Positions 47,750 through 57,471 of a stretch of DNA of 64,000 nt are shown here, one piece after another. Position 1 is the stretch's first letter. Every line of letters starts with the position of its first letter. Under the pieces are notes generated by a model. It saw only the letters and a program-made list of their open reading frames with translations, had not been told where the DNA came from and did not search any database. The position numbers and the translations under genes are program-made. Source of the DNA: a virus; the IMG/VR virus record IMGVR_UViG_3300042691_042551, positions 1 through 64,000 of that record. The stretch is one strand, 5' to 3'.

Positions 47750-49887
47750 AAGTAGCATTTGAACAAGTATTTAATGGCTCATTAGAGCAAGTTGCAATTG
47801 GTGGAAGCTATGATGCAACAAAAATTAATCGAGGAAAGCATACAGGACAATTTAATTTAGGCTCAGGTGCTATTGATAAATTTGTAGGCCCTGCTCCGTT
47901 AGGGGTTGGTAATTTAGCTGAAAGTTCTTTGGCTATACCGTCTTTATTTATCCACCCTATAAAAATTACAGATGATTTGTTTTGGGTATTCGGCTCGGAC
48001 GGAGCTACAGCAGCAGCAACAAGAAGGGTTCAATTATGGACTTGGGTACCTTCAACAAATACCTATACTTTTATAGGTGCAATTACTTGTACATTTCCAA
48101 CAGCTACTAACCATACTGTAAGAGGTATTCGTGCTATTCTTGAAAATTACACTACAGGTACCGTAAGCGTTAGCGGAACGGGCGTAACAGGTTCAGGAAC
48201 AAGTTGGAATACGGGTTTATCCGTAGGTTCACGCATTGGCTTTGGTTCAACAAATCCAAATAACATAACCACTTGGTATCAAATATCAGCTATTAACTCG
48301 GACACATCTATTACGTTAACCGGGTCAGCAGGTACAATTTCAGCCGGTACACCGTACGTTATACAAGATTTAATGATTATACAAGCAACTACCAATGCAA
48401 CAGCAACTAACGGTGGTTTATTTATCACTAAAGGACTTCAATATGCCGATTTTACAAACCCGGCTACGGCTATTCCCGCAGCTACAACTGTTGATAAAAT
48501 CAAAGCAACTTATTGGTTACGTGATGCCGCAACAATAACTAATACCGTAATTGGTGGTTGTGCAATAGGGGATAGAGATTCTTGGACACAACAATACGTG
48601 TATGCAGGAAACGGGGCCGCAACTTCGTTAGTACTATACCGATATAATATACGCGCAGCATTAACTCCAACAGCCGGTGGTTTTACTTTAACCGGTACTG
48701 ATATAGTAATTACGGGTGCTCAAACCGTAACTGGTAACATATCTCAAGCAAATAATGGAAGAGTAGCAACATTACAACACGGAGCAGGTAGTGGAGTTTC
48801 TTCTTTGTATATGTTTACCGCATCGCGTATATTAAGAATACCATTGTCAAGTATAATAAATGGAAGTACAACTTTTGTGGCTGATTCAATGTCTGAAGTA
48901 CCCCCAGGAAGTGCAAACACTAACTTAGCCACTACAACATTTACCTCTTTAGACATCGCAGGTTCTTTAGATAAATTGGTCATAACGGGTACTGCATCTA
49001 ACGCACCGTCTTTGTACATTACTGACTACTATACCGGTGGTCAACAAATAGATAGACGGGCTGGTTCAAGTACATCGCAATTGGTGTCTTCACTTCGAGA
49101 CACTGATTCCCCAGTATTTGTTCACTACGTTGCAACGAATACTCCTTTTGTATGGGTTGAGGATGGTTGGTTATTTTGGCTTTATGCCCAGGCTACAACC
49201 ACAACTTTAAATGCTTTTACTGCATACCCTTTAGCAGCCGATTTAGATTTTCAGGCTGATGTTAACAACCGAATAATTTTACCAAAAATAACTTTGGGCG
49301 CAACACCGGCTAAATTATATCGAGTATGCACAACAAGCGTTGGTAACATAGGTGATCATACAATGGGTGTATCGCCCGATATGTACAAATTACAAGCTCG
49401 TACTTCAGGAATAGATGATAATACAGGTTCTTGGACTGATGTAGCTGAAAATGGAGATTTATCAGGATTAGGTACACCATCAACAATTCAATTTGCCCTA
49501 CAATTTAGAACAGCCGGAATAATGATGTTACCGGCTCGTGTATTGAGTTTGGCATTGATATATGAAACTGATGATGCTTTACCTTCACAATACCGTTGGA
49601 ATTATGCAGACTTTAATACCTCAAATGGAACATTTGCTTGGGTACAGTCTACTTTATTTGGAGCTACTCCCGGAGTCCACACAATCAATATTTACAGAGC
49701 TGATACAAATGCGCTTGTACTAACACAAGCAAGTAGTGGAACTACTAATGGTACTTTTGAAAATTGGAATGGAACTGCTTGGGTTTCCGGTATAGGTGCA
49801 GATACAGTTGGTCGCAGAAGAAGGTTTGTGCCATCGGGTTCATTACCAGGCTCCGTTGATTTGTACGCTAAAATAACTGTTGCTTAA
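47746..49887 (+). CDS. Thr/Gly-rich beta-sheet virion protein (putative receptor-binding/spike)
   Basis: 713 aa; 'TTGTVSVSGTGVTGSGTSW' fibre motif; located in the fibre block. Confidence 0.65.
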   Translation: MKVAFEQVFNGSLEQVAIGGSYDATKINRGKHTGQFNLGSGAIDKFVGPAPLGVGNLAESSLAIPSLFIHPIKITDDLFWVFGSDGATAAATRRVQLWTWVPSTNTYTFIGAITCTFPTATNHTVRGIRAILENYTTGTVSVSGTGVTGSGTSWNTGLSVGSRIGFGSTNPNNITTWYQISAINSDTSITLTGSAGTISAGTPYVIQDLMIIQATTNATATNGGLFITKGLQYADFTNPATAIPAATTVDKIKATYWLRDAATITNTVIGGCAIGDRDSWTQQYVYAGNGAATSLVLYRYNIRAALTPTAGGFTLTGTDIVITGAQTVTGNISQANNGRVATLQHGAGSGVSSLYMFTASRILRIPLSSIINGSTTFVADSMSEVPPGSANTNLATTTFTSLDIAGSLDKLVITGTASNAPSLYITDYYTGGQQIDRRAGSSTSQLVSSLRDTDSPVFVHYVATNTPFVWVEDGWLFWLYAQATTTTLNAFTAYPLAADLDFQADVNNRIILPKITLGATPAKLYRVCTTSVGNIGDHTMGVSPDMYKLQARTSGIDDNTGSWTDVAENGDLSGLGTPSTIQFALQFRTAGIMMLPARVLSLALIYETDDALPSQYRWNYADFNTSNGTFAWVQSTLFGATPGVHTINIYRADTNALVLTQASSGTTNGTFENWNGTAWVSGIGADTVGRRRRFVPSGSLPGSVDLYAKITVA

Positions 49888-50183
49888 TGAGTTATCAACT
49901 AACTTTTGGAAGTAATGAAACTATTCTTATAAGGGATAAGGGTACTGCTAATTCAGTATTAAACTTTGTTAATAGCGAAAATACCGTAGGAAAAAACGTG
50001 ACAGCTTTACCTACAGTATTTCTTTTTCAATTATTAAACTATATTCAGTTTCCATTAGGGGTAAGTTCAATAGTTTGGCTTAAAGTATCAGGAGTTTGGA
50101 AACAAGGTATTGTTTGGATAAAGCAAGGTGGTGTATGGAAACAAGGCACAACTTACATAAAAGAATCTGGGCAATGGAAATAA
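49887..50183 (+). CDS. small fibre-tip protein
   Basis: Three (V/Y)xKxxGxWK repeats of the kind found at phage fibre C-termini. Confidence 0.65.
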   Translation: MSYQLTFGSNETILIRDKGTANSVLNFVNSENTVGKNVTALPTVFLFQLLNYIQFPLGVSSIVWLKVSGVWKQGIVWIKQGGVWKQGTTYIKESGQWK

Positions 50184-50207
50184 ATACAATTTTATTATTT
50201 TTGAACT

Positions 50208-50501
50208 ATGCTAGTAATAACCGGAACAATTAAAAACCCCAATTTGCCAAATATGGAAGTTAAAAATCCACATTTGAGAATCACTCCAATATTTTTACCG
50301 TTTGGGAAATTAAAAGTGGATGTTCAAGCGTTTATTGGCAAAAACATTCTGTTTAGCTATAGCAAAGACATTGATGCAAATAGCCTACAATACCTAAAGT
50401 CTGAGGCTAATTTGTACACAGCAGTAATTAAATCAATCGAAAACCTGTTAATTTTGGAACTTCAAAACAATAATCCATCAATAACAATTACTCAATTATG
50501 A
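50208..50501 (+). CDS. hypothetical protein (tail-fibre associated)
   Basis: TATTTTTG -7 box at 50196-50203; overlap with the next gene. Confidence 0.6.
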   Translation: MLVITGTIKNPNLPNMEVKNPHLRITPIFLPFGKLKVDVQAFIGKNILFSYSKDIDANSLQYLKSEANLYTAVIKSIENLLILELQNNNPSITITQL

Positions 50502-50839
50502 AGATCAATTTACTACAACCAATCTTAGATTTTGAAGGTGTCCAATATGTTGAACCTGTATATGATATGGTCGATGATAAACCAATCAAAGTTCGAGAGG
50601 TAAGGCTGGACCTAAAAACAATAATCATGCGCGGCTTAAACCATCTTCCAAAGGATAAGGAAATTAGCCCGGAAACAATTTATGATCGCGGAAAGTTAAT
50701 ATCAAAGGTTCGTTCTAATGATGAAGTAGATTTATCTGCAAAACAAATTGAGGAAATTAAAAAATGCGTTGCTAAAATAACCAGTCCGTTTGTAACCTTT
50801 CAGGTTTGGGAAATGCTAGACAAAGAACCTAATGACTGA
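50498..50839 (+). CDS. hypothetical protein (possible fibre assembly chaperone)
   Basis: 'MKINLLQPILDFEG...VDLSAKQIEEIKK' pattern often follows fibre genes (recalled). Confidence 0.6.
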   Translation: MKINLLQPILDFEGVQYVEPVYDMVDDKPIKVREVRLDLKTIIMRGLNHLPKDKEISPETIYDRGKLISKVRSNDEVDLSAKQIEEIKKCVAKITSPFVTFQVWEMLDKEPND

Positions 50840-51483
50840 TGGAAACCGGAATTTTTGAAATAGTAGAAAAACTCGCTATCGGAGCTGCTGCATTTATCTA
50901 CTTTTTAGATAGAATATTTCGTAGTCTTAAAGACAAAAAACAATCAAAAGCTATTGGTGAAATTCAAAAGTCAATAGTAAAGCCTGAGAAGTCTATTTGC
51001 CAAACGTCCGAACAAGTAATTGCTATTGATAGGATATGCAATGAAATAGTAGGTTATTTTTCTGACAGGCCGATTGCTTCAGTTTTGTTATGGCAATTCA
51101 ACAATGGTAGTTATTCCGGTGCTAACTTTTCTTACAAGTTTGCATCTTGCGTTGGTGAAGCTGTTTCACCAGGAAGGGAAAGAACTAGAAAACATTTGCA
51201 AAATCGGCCAATGTATGACTATTCGATTCTTTTGGTTGATATTAAAAATACTGAAGAAAAACAGTTATTTTACAATTACAATAGTTATCCATCTAGCATT
51301 ATTTCAACAGAAATGCATACTCGCGGCATATTTAGCTGCATTGAAACTGCACTGTCTGATAATTTAGACAAGGGTTTGCTATCTGTATCTTTTTATACTG
51401 AATGCGATATTTATTCGGATGATTTTGAATATTTGAAAATTTGTGCTTCTCGTATTTATAGCATACTTTCGAATAATATTTAA
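50839..51483 (+). CDS. single-TM protein with a GAF-like soluble domain (T4 holin T-like architecture)
   Basis: N-terminal TM followed by 'LWQFNNG...K.ASC..E.V.PG'; first gene of the lysis cluster. Confidence 0.5.
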   Translation: METGIFEIVEKLAIGAAAFIYFLDRIFRSLKDKKQSKAIGEIQKSIVKPEKSICQTSEQVIAIDRICNEIVGYFSDRPIASVLLWQFNNGSYSGANFSYKFASCVGEAVSPGRERTRKHLQNRPMYDYSILLVDIKNTEEKQLFYNYNSYPSSIISTEMHTRGIFSCIETALSDNLDKGLLSVSFYTECDIYSDDFEYLKICASRIYSILSNNI

Positions 51484-51489
51484 TGTATT

Positions 51490-51792
51490 ATGGATTCAAT
51501 AGAAACAATTTTTAATCAGGTATTGATGTATCTTGATGTTCCTTACTGTTTAGTTGTAGTTCTTTTGTCTTATGCTTTAAGAAATGTTTTGGCATCTATG
51601 CTGGAGTATTTTCGTTTTCCGGAAAAGCATTCAAGGACTTTTGCCGTTTTAATCCTAGCAACTGTAATTGCTCTAATTTGGCACTTTTTTATTGGTTCAG
51701 ACCTAGTAAAACTGTTTGTTTCTTATTCGGCCACTACTACTCTTTACGAACTATTTTTAAAACACATATCAAAGGATTTAATATATGGCTAA
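51490..51792 (+). CDS. holin-like membrane protein
   Basis: 100 aa with 2-3 TM helices, directly upstream of the endolysin. Confidence 0.65.
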   Translation: MDSIETIFNQVLMYLDVPYCLVVVLLSYALRNVLASMLEYFRFPEKHSRTFAVLILATVIALIWHFFIGSDLVKLFVSYSATTTLYELFLKHISKDLIYG

Positions 51793-52339
51793 TGGCATTA
51801 AAGAAATCTACCTGATAGCAGGTCACTCAAACGGTGATCCCGGAGCTATTGGAGTGAAAAAAACCAAAGAAGCAGACTTAACTAAAGAACTTCGCGATTT
51901 AGTGGCCCAGCGACTAAAACTTAAAAACGTACCGGTGGTAACAGACGATGATCGGCTGTCGCTTTCTCAGGTATTGAGTTCGATAAAAAGCACTGAACAG
52001 GATATTGTATGTGATATTCATTTTAATGCTAGTGAAAACCCTAAGGCTAACGGTGTTGAAGTTTTGATACCCGGCCGGCACACAACCAAAGAAAGAACTG
52101 GGGCCCTTAGAATACTTACAGGTATTACTGCAGCAACCGGCTTGCGTTCAAGGGGTGTAATTACCGAATTGCAATCTCACCGTGGTTCATTAGGGGTAAT
52201 GCGAGAGTCAGGTTCAAACTTTTTGATTGAGGTATGTTTTATATCCAACCAAAATGATTTTGAGGTTTACCACCAAAAAAAGACTGCTGTTGCCGATAGC
52301 ATTGCTGATTCTCTTTTACAAATCTACAATGAGCTATGA
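51785..52339 (+). CDS. endolysin, N-acetylmuramoyl-L-alanine amidase (Amidase_3)
   Basis: Zn ligands in 'AGH...DPGA', 'KEADL', 'DIHFNA', catalytic 'LIEVCFISN'. Confidence 0.93.
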   Translation: MANGIKEIYLIAGHSNGDPGAIGVKKTKEADLTKELRDLVAQRLKLKNVPVVTDDDRLSLSQVLSSIKSTEQDIVCDIHFNASENPKANGVEVLIPGRHTTKERTGALRILTGITAATGLRSRGVITELQSHRGSLGVMRESGSNFLIEVCFISNQNDFEVYHQKKTAVADSIADSLLQIYNEL

Positions 52340-52689
52340 GCCAGCTACACAAACTAATTATTTTTGTTGTTATTGCGTCTATTGTTCTTTTTCTTCTATT
52401 TTGGGTTAATGATCCACCTAAAGAAGAAACCGAAATAAACCTTGGAGAATACCATATTGCTCTACTAATGGCCCAGAAATACAAAGAACAGGCCGATTCA
52501 TTTCAAAACTTATATTTAACTACAGATTATGGAAAAGATTCTATTGTTTACAGGACTAAAAAAATATTCATTAATTCTCAGTATTTGCCTGCTGATTCCA
52601 GCGTTAAGTTACTCGCAGAAATTTTTGCCGAAGTTGACAGTATTAGGGAAAGATACCAAAGCGATAGCGCTTTCGGTTCACGATGGTAA
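52336..52689 (+). CDS. putative i-spanin-like membrane protein
   Basis: N-terminal TM plus helical domain directly after the endolysin. Confidence 0.5.
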   Translation: MSQLHKLIIFVVIASIVLFLLFWVNDPPKEETEINLGEYHIALLMAQKYKEQADSFQNLYLTTDYGKDSIVYRTKKIFINSQYLPADSSVKLLAEIFAEVDSIRERYQSDSAFGSRW

Positions 52690-52966
52690 CAATGTTATCG
52701 GACTTCATTCTCTATACACTGGTTTAAAAATGTATTCTGATAGCCTAGAAAAGCAATACTTAAACTGCCGGCTTGAGTCTACATCATTAAGGCTTTCATT
52801 AAACTTTTGCGATACAGCCAGACAAGAAGCTTTTGAATACTTTTCGCGCTGCAAAGAAGTAAATCAAAAGTTAAACACTGAAAATCATAAACTTAAAAAA
52901 ACTAACGTAATTTTGAAGTATATTCTTGGTGGAAGTTTACTACTTAATTTTATATTTGTATTGTAA
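52529..52966 (+). CDS. putative spanin partner (overlapping frame)
   Basis: Signal-like N-terminus, coiled coil, C-terminal hydrophobic segment; overlaps the previous gene as spanin pairs do; start uncertain. Confidence 0.45.
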   Translation: MEKILLFTGLKKYSLILSICLLIPALSYSQKFLPKLTVLGKDTKAIALSVHDGNNVIGLHSLYTGLKMYSDSLEKQYLNCRLESTSLRLSLNFCDTARQEAFEYFSRCKEVNQKLNTENHKLKKTNVILKYILGGSLLLNFIFVL

Positions 52967-52981
52967 AAATACAAGTATATT

Positions 52982-53275
52982 ATGAAATTATCTGAATTAA
53001 CAACTAACCTTTTAGAAGAAAACAAAGTAATCCGCAGATCAAATCATGATTGGATTCAAAACGATAAATTTGTTTTTCCGGGCAGATTAAGAGAAATATT
53101 ATTGGCTCCTGAAGTCATTCAGATATGTCAAAACAAAAAAGCACTGATATACTCAAAAGAAGTAACCTTGTTCATCAATGAAAATGGAAAAATCCGCGTG
53201 TGGCAACCTACACAATACGATATAGTAGCAAATGATTGGGAATACGTCCATACAGGTGAATCAGCGTTGGGTTAA
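52982..53275 (+). CDS. Tad2/DUF2829-like protein (candidate anti-Thoeris signal sponge)
   Basis: N-terminal 'KVIRR..W' and C-terminal 'WQPTQYDIVANDWE' match the DUF2829 W-x-P/S-x-x-D-x-L-A-x-D-W signature; TATATTTG box at 52951. Confidence 0.7.
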   Translation: MKLSELTTNLLEENKVIRRSNHDWIQNDKFVFPGRLREILLAPEVIQICQNKKALIYSKEVTLFINENGKIRVWQPTQYDIVANDWEYVHTGESALG

Positions 53276-53447
53276 TGTGCACGATAATATCATTCGCGAA
53301 ATCACTTATATTTACGAATCTGCTAACAAAAAAGAAGTTTTAATTAAAATGGTTAGGTTATCAGATAAAAATGTTGCAACTTTGAAGCTGTCCCAGTTTG
53401 AAGACATGGTAAAGCTTGGTTGTTTTACTCTTTACACTGGTGGATAG
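53232..53447 (+). CDS. small hypothetical protein
   Basis: Last plus-strand ORF before the terminator. Confidence 0.5.
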   Translation: MIGNTSIQVNQRWVNVHDNIIREITYIYESANKKEVLIKMVRLSDKNVATLKLSQFEDMVKLGCFTLYTGG

Positions 53448-54487
53448 TGTCGAAAAGGCGGCTTAACGGCCGCTTTTTTTTTGATCACCGGTTCAATTTT
53501 AGCAAATCGCCATCCAGACTTAGTAGGACCAAATTCATAAACAATAGTAGACTGTATCTGCATTAAACGCCACATTGGGCCAAAATTTGGTTTAGGTGGC
53601 AACTGGCATTTTTTTATGAAGGTATACACTTCATCTTTAGTCCATTCTTTGTCAGCACAATCCCAGCCTTTGGGCAAGCTTTTAGTAATCGGTATAATCA
53701 TTATTTTACGCTCAATAATGTGCTGTATGTGCAGCATTGCATTAAGCCCTTGTACATCGTTATCCGGCCACTGAAGAATTGACCTATCTTTTATTGGCGA
53801 CCAGTCAGTATTATGCACAGCATTGGTGCCACCGATCCATGTTGTTACTACTAACTTTTCTGAACCAATTATTTTCTGAAGGTGATCAGCGCATTTTTCG
53901 CCTTCTACAATGATAATTTTGGCTTCTTTGTACTTTTCTATTAAGTCAAGGTTATATAACGGCCTAGGCAAAGAAAACCCCATAAAACGCCATTCTTGTT
54001 TATTTCCATTGGTTGCATATACGTAGGGCATTATTTCTTTTCCTTCTGGAGTATCAAACCGGCATATATACCCGTAGCTTTTTCCTTCTTTGGTTTTATA
54101 CACCCAAACTTTTGATGGTTTACCATACATGTAATGATTAATTGACTTTACCGGAGATGGTGGAACACACTGTATCCAGTCAGGAGTCTTTTTTTCGATT
54201 ACTTTTTTTTCAAATTTAGGTCCGCTTATGTTATTGCCGGTTATTTCTCTGCAGGCATCAACAAAAGAACTGTTTGTATAGTCCATCACAAACTTGATGG
54301 TATCTCCACCCCATCCGCATGCAAAGCACTTGGCTATGTGCTTGGTTGAATTAATCTTCAATGACGGTTTAGTATCAGAGTGGAATGGACAGATAGATTG
54401 GTATTGAGATCCTTTTTTGCGTACATCTAGATATCGGCCAATTACCTGCTCAATTGGATATGAAGATAAAATTTGCTTAGCATCCAT
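53432..54487 (-). CDS. DNA primase (CHC2 zinc finger + Toprim)
   Basis: CPFH..TKPS...CFACG zinc-binding domain; Toprim motifs IIVEGEKCAD and WPDND..G. Confidence 0.88.
   Translation of the reverse strand: MDAKQILSSYPIEQVIGRYLDVRKKGSQYQSICPFHSDTKPSLKINSTKHIAKCFACGWGGDTIKFVMDYTNSSFVDACREITGNNISGPKFEKKVIEKKTPDWIQCVPPSPVKSINHYMYGKPSKVWVYKTKEGKSYGYICRFDTPEGKEIMPYVYATNGNKQEWRFMGFSLPRPLYNLDLIEKYKEAKIIIVEGEKCADHLQKIIGSEKLVVTTWIGGTNAVHNTDWSPIKDRSILQWPDNDVQGLNAMLHIQHIIERKIMIIPITKSLPKGWDCADKEWTKDEVYTFIKKCQLPPKPNFGPMWRLMQIQSTIVYEFGPTKSGWRFAKIEPVIKKKAAVKPPFRHYPPV
53453..53482 (+). terminator. terminator of the late operon, embedded in the primase 3' end
   Basis: GCGGC-TTAACG-GCCGC followed by T9. Confidence 0.75.
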
Positions 54488-54515
54488 TGATTTTTTAAAT
54501 TTATATCTACATTTG
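54487..54515 (+). promoter_or_regulatory. antisense Bacteroidota-type promoter
   Basis: TTG (54487-89)-N18-TACATTTG (54508-15). Confidence 0.5.
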
Positions 54516-54519
54516 CAAT

Positions 54520-54591
54520 TATCCGTTGCGTTAGGCAGCTAGTTTTTTCATCTTGATTTTACCCCTAGGCTAATAACCTGGGGGTTTTTTT
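54520..54591 (+). ncRNA. candidate ~70-nt antisense sRNA
   Basis: Bounded by the promoter above and a plus-strand terminator; complementary to the primase leader. Confidence 0.4.
54561..54591 (+). terminator. plus-strand intrinsic terminator
   Basis: CCCCTAGG-loop-CCTGGGGG-T7; the U-G pair and U-tail work only on the plus strand. Confidence 0.75.
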
Positions 54592-54976
54592 ATACCTTTT
54601 CCCATTTATTTGTCTTTATGTTAAGCGTATATCGGTCAATAGTGTTTTCGTTAATCTTAACCTCGATATTGTAAAAATCAATACGATAAACGACAATGAA
54701 AAAGTTGTTTTCACCAATAGCGCCCATGTTAAACAACAGTTCTTCAGTATCTATTACTTTGCCTTGAAATGGCATTTCTTCGGGAAATAAACCAAAGAAG
54801 TTTGTTTTTTGCATTGGAAAAAGCGTTTCTACACCGACAAATACAGGCGCTCGACTTACCATTTTGGCTAAAAAATCAGGAACCTCGTTTTCTTTTACAA
54901 TGTAGCATTCGATTGTAGTTTCGGATGATTCATCTACGAGAACTACTTGTTTTGTGAAGTTATTCATGTTATTCAA
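54590..54976 (-). CDS. hypothetical protein
   Basis: Overlaps the helicase stop codon. Confidence 0.65.
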   Translation of the reverse strand: MNNMNNFTKQVVLVDESSETTIECYIVKENEVPDFLAKMVSRAPVFVGVETLFPMQKTNFFGLFPEEMPFQGKVIDTEELLFNMGAIGENNFFIVVYRIDFYNIEVKINENTIDRYTLNIKTNKWEKV

Positions 54977-57149
54977 ATTTAAAATCTTCTTCTATTGGGG
55001 TTTCATCTGTTATATCTGATGAAGTTTTAAGGAATATATCTACTCCAAACTGTTGATGCATTAACTCAGCAAATATGTTTACGTTTCGTTTTGCGTAATC
55101 TTCAGAACCAGTTGCAGCGTTTGACATGTTTCTTTTGCTTTCTATCAACTCAAATATCTTTTCATCAATAGTTTCGGGAGCTATAAAGTAATACGCGTTT
55201 ACCGTGCTTAATTGGCCGTTTCTATGCGCTCTGTCCTCAGCTTGATCATGTTGCGCAGCGGTCCAGTCTAGCTCTGCAAATACAACATTGGAACATACGT
55301 CTTGAAGTCCATCAATACCAGTTGAGGCAGCTCTAATTGATAAGATGATATTCATTTCATTTTGCTGCTGTTGGAATCGCTCAATCATGGTTTGCCGCAT
55401 TTTAGTTTCTGTTTCACCAGTTATTTTTAGAGAACAGTCTAGTTTTTTAGACAGTTCATCAATTATTGCTCGGTGGTGAGCAAAGATGATAACCTTTTCC
55501 CCGTTTTCGTTCATGTTTTTTACAAACTCAATCATACCTTCTATTCTTCCTGTAGCAGCAATCTTCTTTAAGTGATTGATTTTTGTAATAAATTCAGCTC
55601 TCAATATTTTTCTAGCTTGCTCGGCCGTCATTTTAAGCTTTTCATTAAGATAGTCTACAAACTGCTTATTGGCCATATTATAGAGCTCGCGATTTTCGAT
55701 GTCAATATTGATGATTTGCCGTATTTTCTCAGGCAATTCTTTTTGAACGTCAATCTTCATTCTTCTAACCATGCATGTTGATCTTAACTTCATCTGCAAT
55801 TCATCCAGATTTTTACCCGTGTTTTTAGGGCCAACGTACCGACTTAAGAACTTTGGCTTTGTTTCTGCTTTTAAGTACCCTAAAACGTATAGCTGAGGTA
55901 TTAATTCTGCTGGCTGGTTTATCACTGGCGTTCCCGTCAACAAATAGCGGTATTCTTTATTTTCAGATAGCTCTTTTACTATTTTGTACCGTTGAGTTTT
56001 TTCGTCTTTAATGTAATGGCTTTCATCCACTATTATTGACTTAAACATGTGTTTTGCTTTCAACATCTTTTTGGCGTTGTTGTACGAGCAAATGATTACA
56101 TCAGCTTTGTTGGAGTACTCACCATATACGCTAGCGGTAATGTGTGTAAACTTTGTCCATTCTTTCTTCCAGTTATAAACCACTGATTTTGGACATATAA
56201 CTATGCAAGGAAAAGCGTTTTCATGTAGCACACAAGCAATGGCTTGAACTGTTTTACCCAAACCCATTTCATCGGCAAACAATACCCTTTTTTTGGTAGT
56301 TCCATACTTTATGCCGGCTTTTTGATACGGATATGGCTCCAACTTCATATTTTCAATTTGAAACTCTTCACCGGCTTGTAGTGAGGCAATAACCGATTCT
56401 CTGTCACCGTACCATTGATACATTAAGTCTGAATGCAAGGTTATGTCGTGTTGCATTACAAACTCTTTTACTTTATTTTCTAAAGCTTTTGCTTGCCCTT
56501 CGTGGCCCATTATTGTAGGATTAACATACCATAGTTTATTGGTTGCATCCCATCCGGTTTCCATGGATATAGCCTTAAAAGTTTCTTTAAATGCGTCTTT
56601 TAGGTTAAATGGTATTATGAAATAAAAGATTGAATATTCTACGTCACCTCTAGTCATAGTAGATTCTTTCCATACCTGTTTTTCTATGCCTTTCATTCTT
56701 AGCCGTACTATCTCTTCGTTTCTGTTTAACTCCTTATGGCCTATTACAATATCAATAGTGGATGTTTTATCGGCTTTTTCTGAGTACCATTCTTCAAGCG
56801 AGTATCGCTTTATTTTTTTGAAATAGTCTTTTACAGCTTTTGCAAGGTTGCTCAACTCTTCCGGCTTTACTTTATCGTCATAGTTTGGCTCAAGGCCTGT
56901 AAGAAAAGAATTAACTTCTTGAACTTCTTTGTACTGTATTCCGCTTACTAGCTCTACTCTTGCAATATTGAAGCCTTTTTTTCTTTTACTGGCATATATT
57001 AGCTGTTCAATAGTTGATTCCGATATCATATTGCCATGAGGTCGGAGTATGCTTTCAACGTATAGCAAATCTCTTATTGGTTCTTGATACTCTTTGTCTA
57101 GTTTATCAATTAAAACTTCAATATTTTCGTTAATTCTTACTCGATTCAT
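54969..57149 (-). CDS. SNF2-family (SMARCAL1/HARP-like) helicase
   Basis: PYPYQ, ADEMGLGKT, IVDESH, LLTGTP..N, QAEDRAHRNGQ; HARP-like 'GWDATNKLWYV' upstream. Confidence 0.92.
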   Translation of the reverse strand: MNRVRINENIEVLIDKLDKEYQEPIRDLLYVESILRPHGNMISESTIEQLIYASKRKKGFNIARVELVSGIQYKEVQEVNSFLTGLEPNYDDKVKPEELSNLAKAVKDYFKKIKRYSLEEWYSEKADKTSTIDIVIGHKELNRNEEIVRLRMKGIEKQVWKESTMTRGDVEYSIFYFIIPFNLKDAFKETFKAISMETGWDATNKLWYVNPTIMGHEGQAKALENKVKEFVMQHDITLHSDLMYQWYGDRESVIASLQAGEEFQIENMKLEPYPYQKAGIKYGTTKKRVLFADEMGLGKTVQAIACVLHENAFPCIVICPKSVVYNWKKEWTKFTHITASVYGEYSNKADVIICSYNNAKKMLKAKHMFKSIIVDESHYIKDEKTQRYKIVKELSENKEYRYLLTGTPVINQPAELIPQLYVLGYLKAETKPKFLSRYVGPKNTGKNLDELQMKLRSTCMVRRMKIDVQKELPEKIRQIINIDIENRELYNMANKQFVDYLNEKLKMTAEQARKILRAEFITKINHLKKIAATGRIEGMIEFVKNMNENGEKVIIFAHHRAIIDELSKKLDCSLKITGETETKMRQTMIERFQQQQNEMNIILSIRAASTGIDGLQDVCSNVVFAELDWTAAQHDQAEDRAHRNGQLSTVNAYYFIAPETIDEKIFELIESKRNMSNAATGSEDYAKRNVNIFAELMHQQFGVDIFLKTSSDITDETPIEEDFKFE

Positions 57150-57456
57150 CAGTTTTGATTTTTTTTATGTTTCTACTTTCCTTGCGCTCCCAGTCTTTTC
57201 TGTTTTTTTGAATGATGTCTAGAGCGTGTTTTACCTCTAACTTATTGTTTACGTCAGCGATACGATACATTATGTTGTCAAATAAATTAGTTGTTCCATG
57301 AATGTGAAACGCTTTTTTTTGTTCCCGGCTAATTCTTATCGAGTAACCGCTTGGAAACTTTACTTCACAACCTTGAATCAATAGAGAAATCAATGTTGGG
57401 TTTTTGTAGAGCTTAGTTTTCTTTTTTGTCATAATTTTTGGCATAAAACTCGTCAA
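57130..57456 (-). CDS. basic hypothetical protein
   Basis: Lies between the JAB and helicase genes, overlapping the helicase start; exact start uncertain. Confidence 0.6.
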   Translation of the reverse strand: MTSFMPKIMTKKKTKLYKNPTLISLLIQGCEVKFPSGYSIRISREQKKAFHIHGTTNLFDNIMYRIADVNNKLEVKHALDIIQKNRKDWERKESRNIKKIKTDESSKN

Positions 57457-57471
57457 ATCTATACTTTTTTT

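Noticed and set aside
43494-50183. Diversity-generating retroelement or invertible tail-fibre switch
   Set aside because: No reverse transcriptase, recombinase, TR/VR pair or inverted fibre cassettes seen in the window
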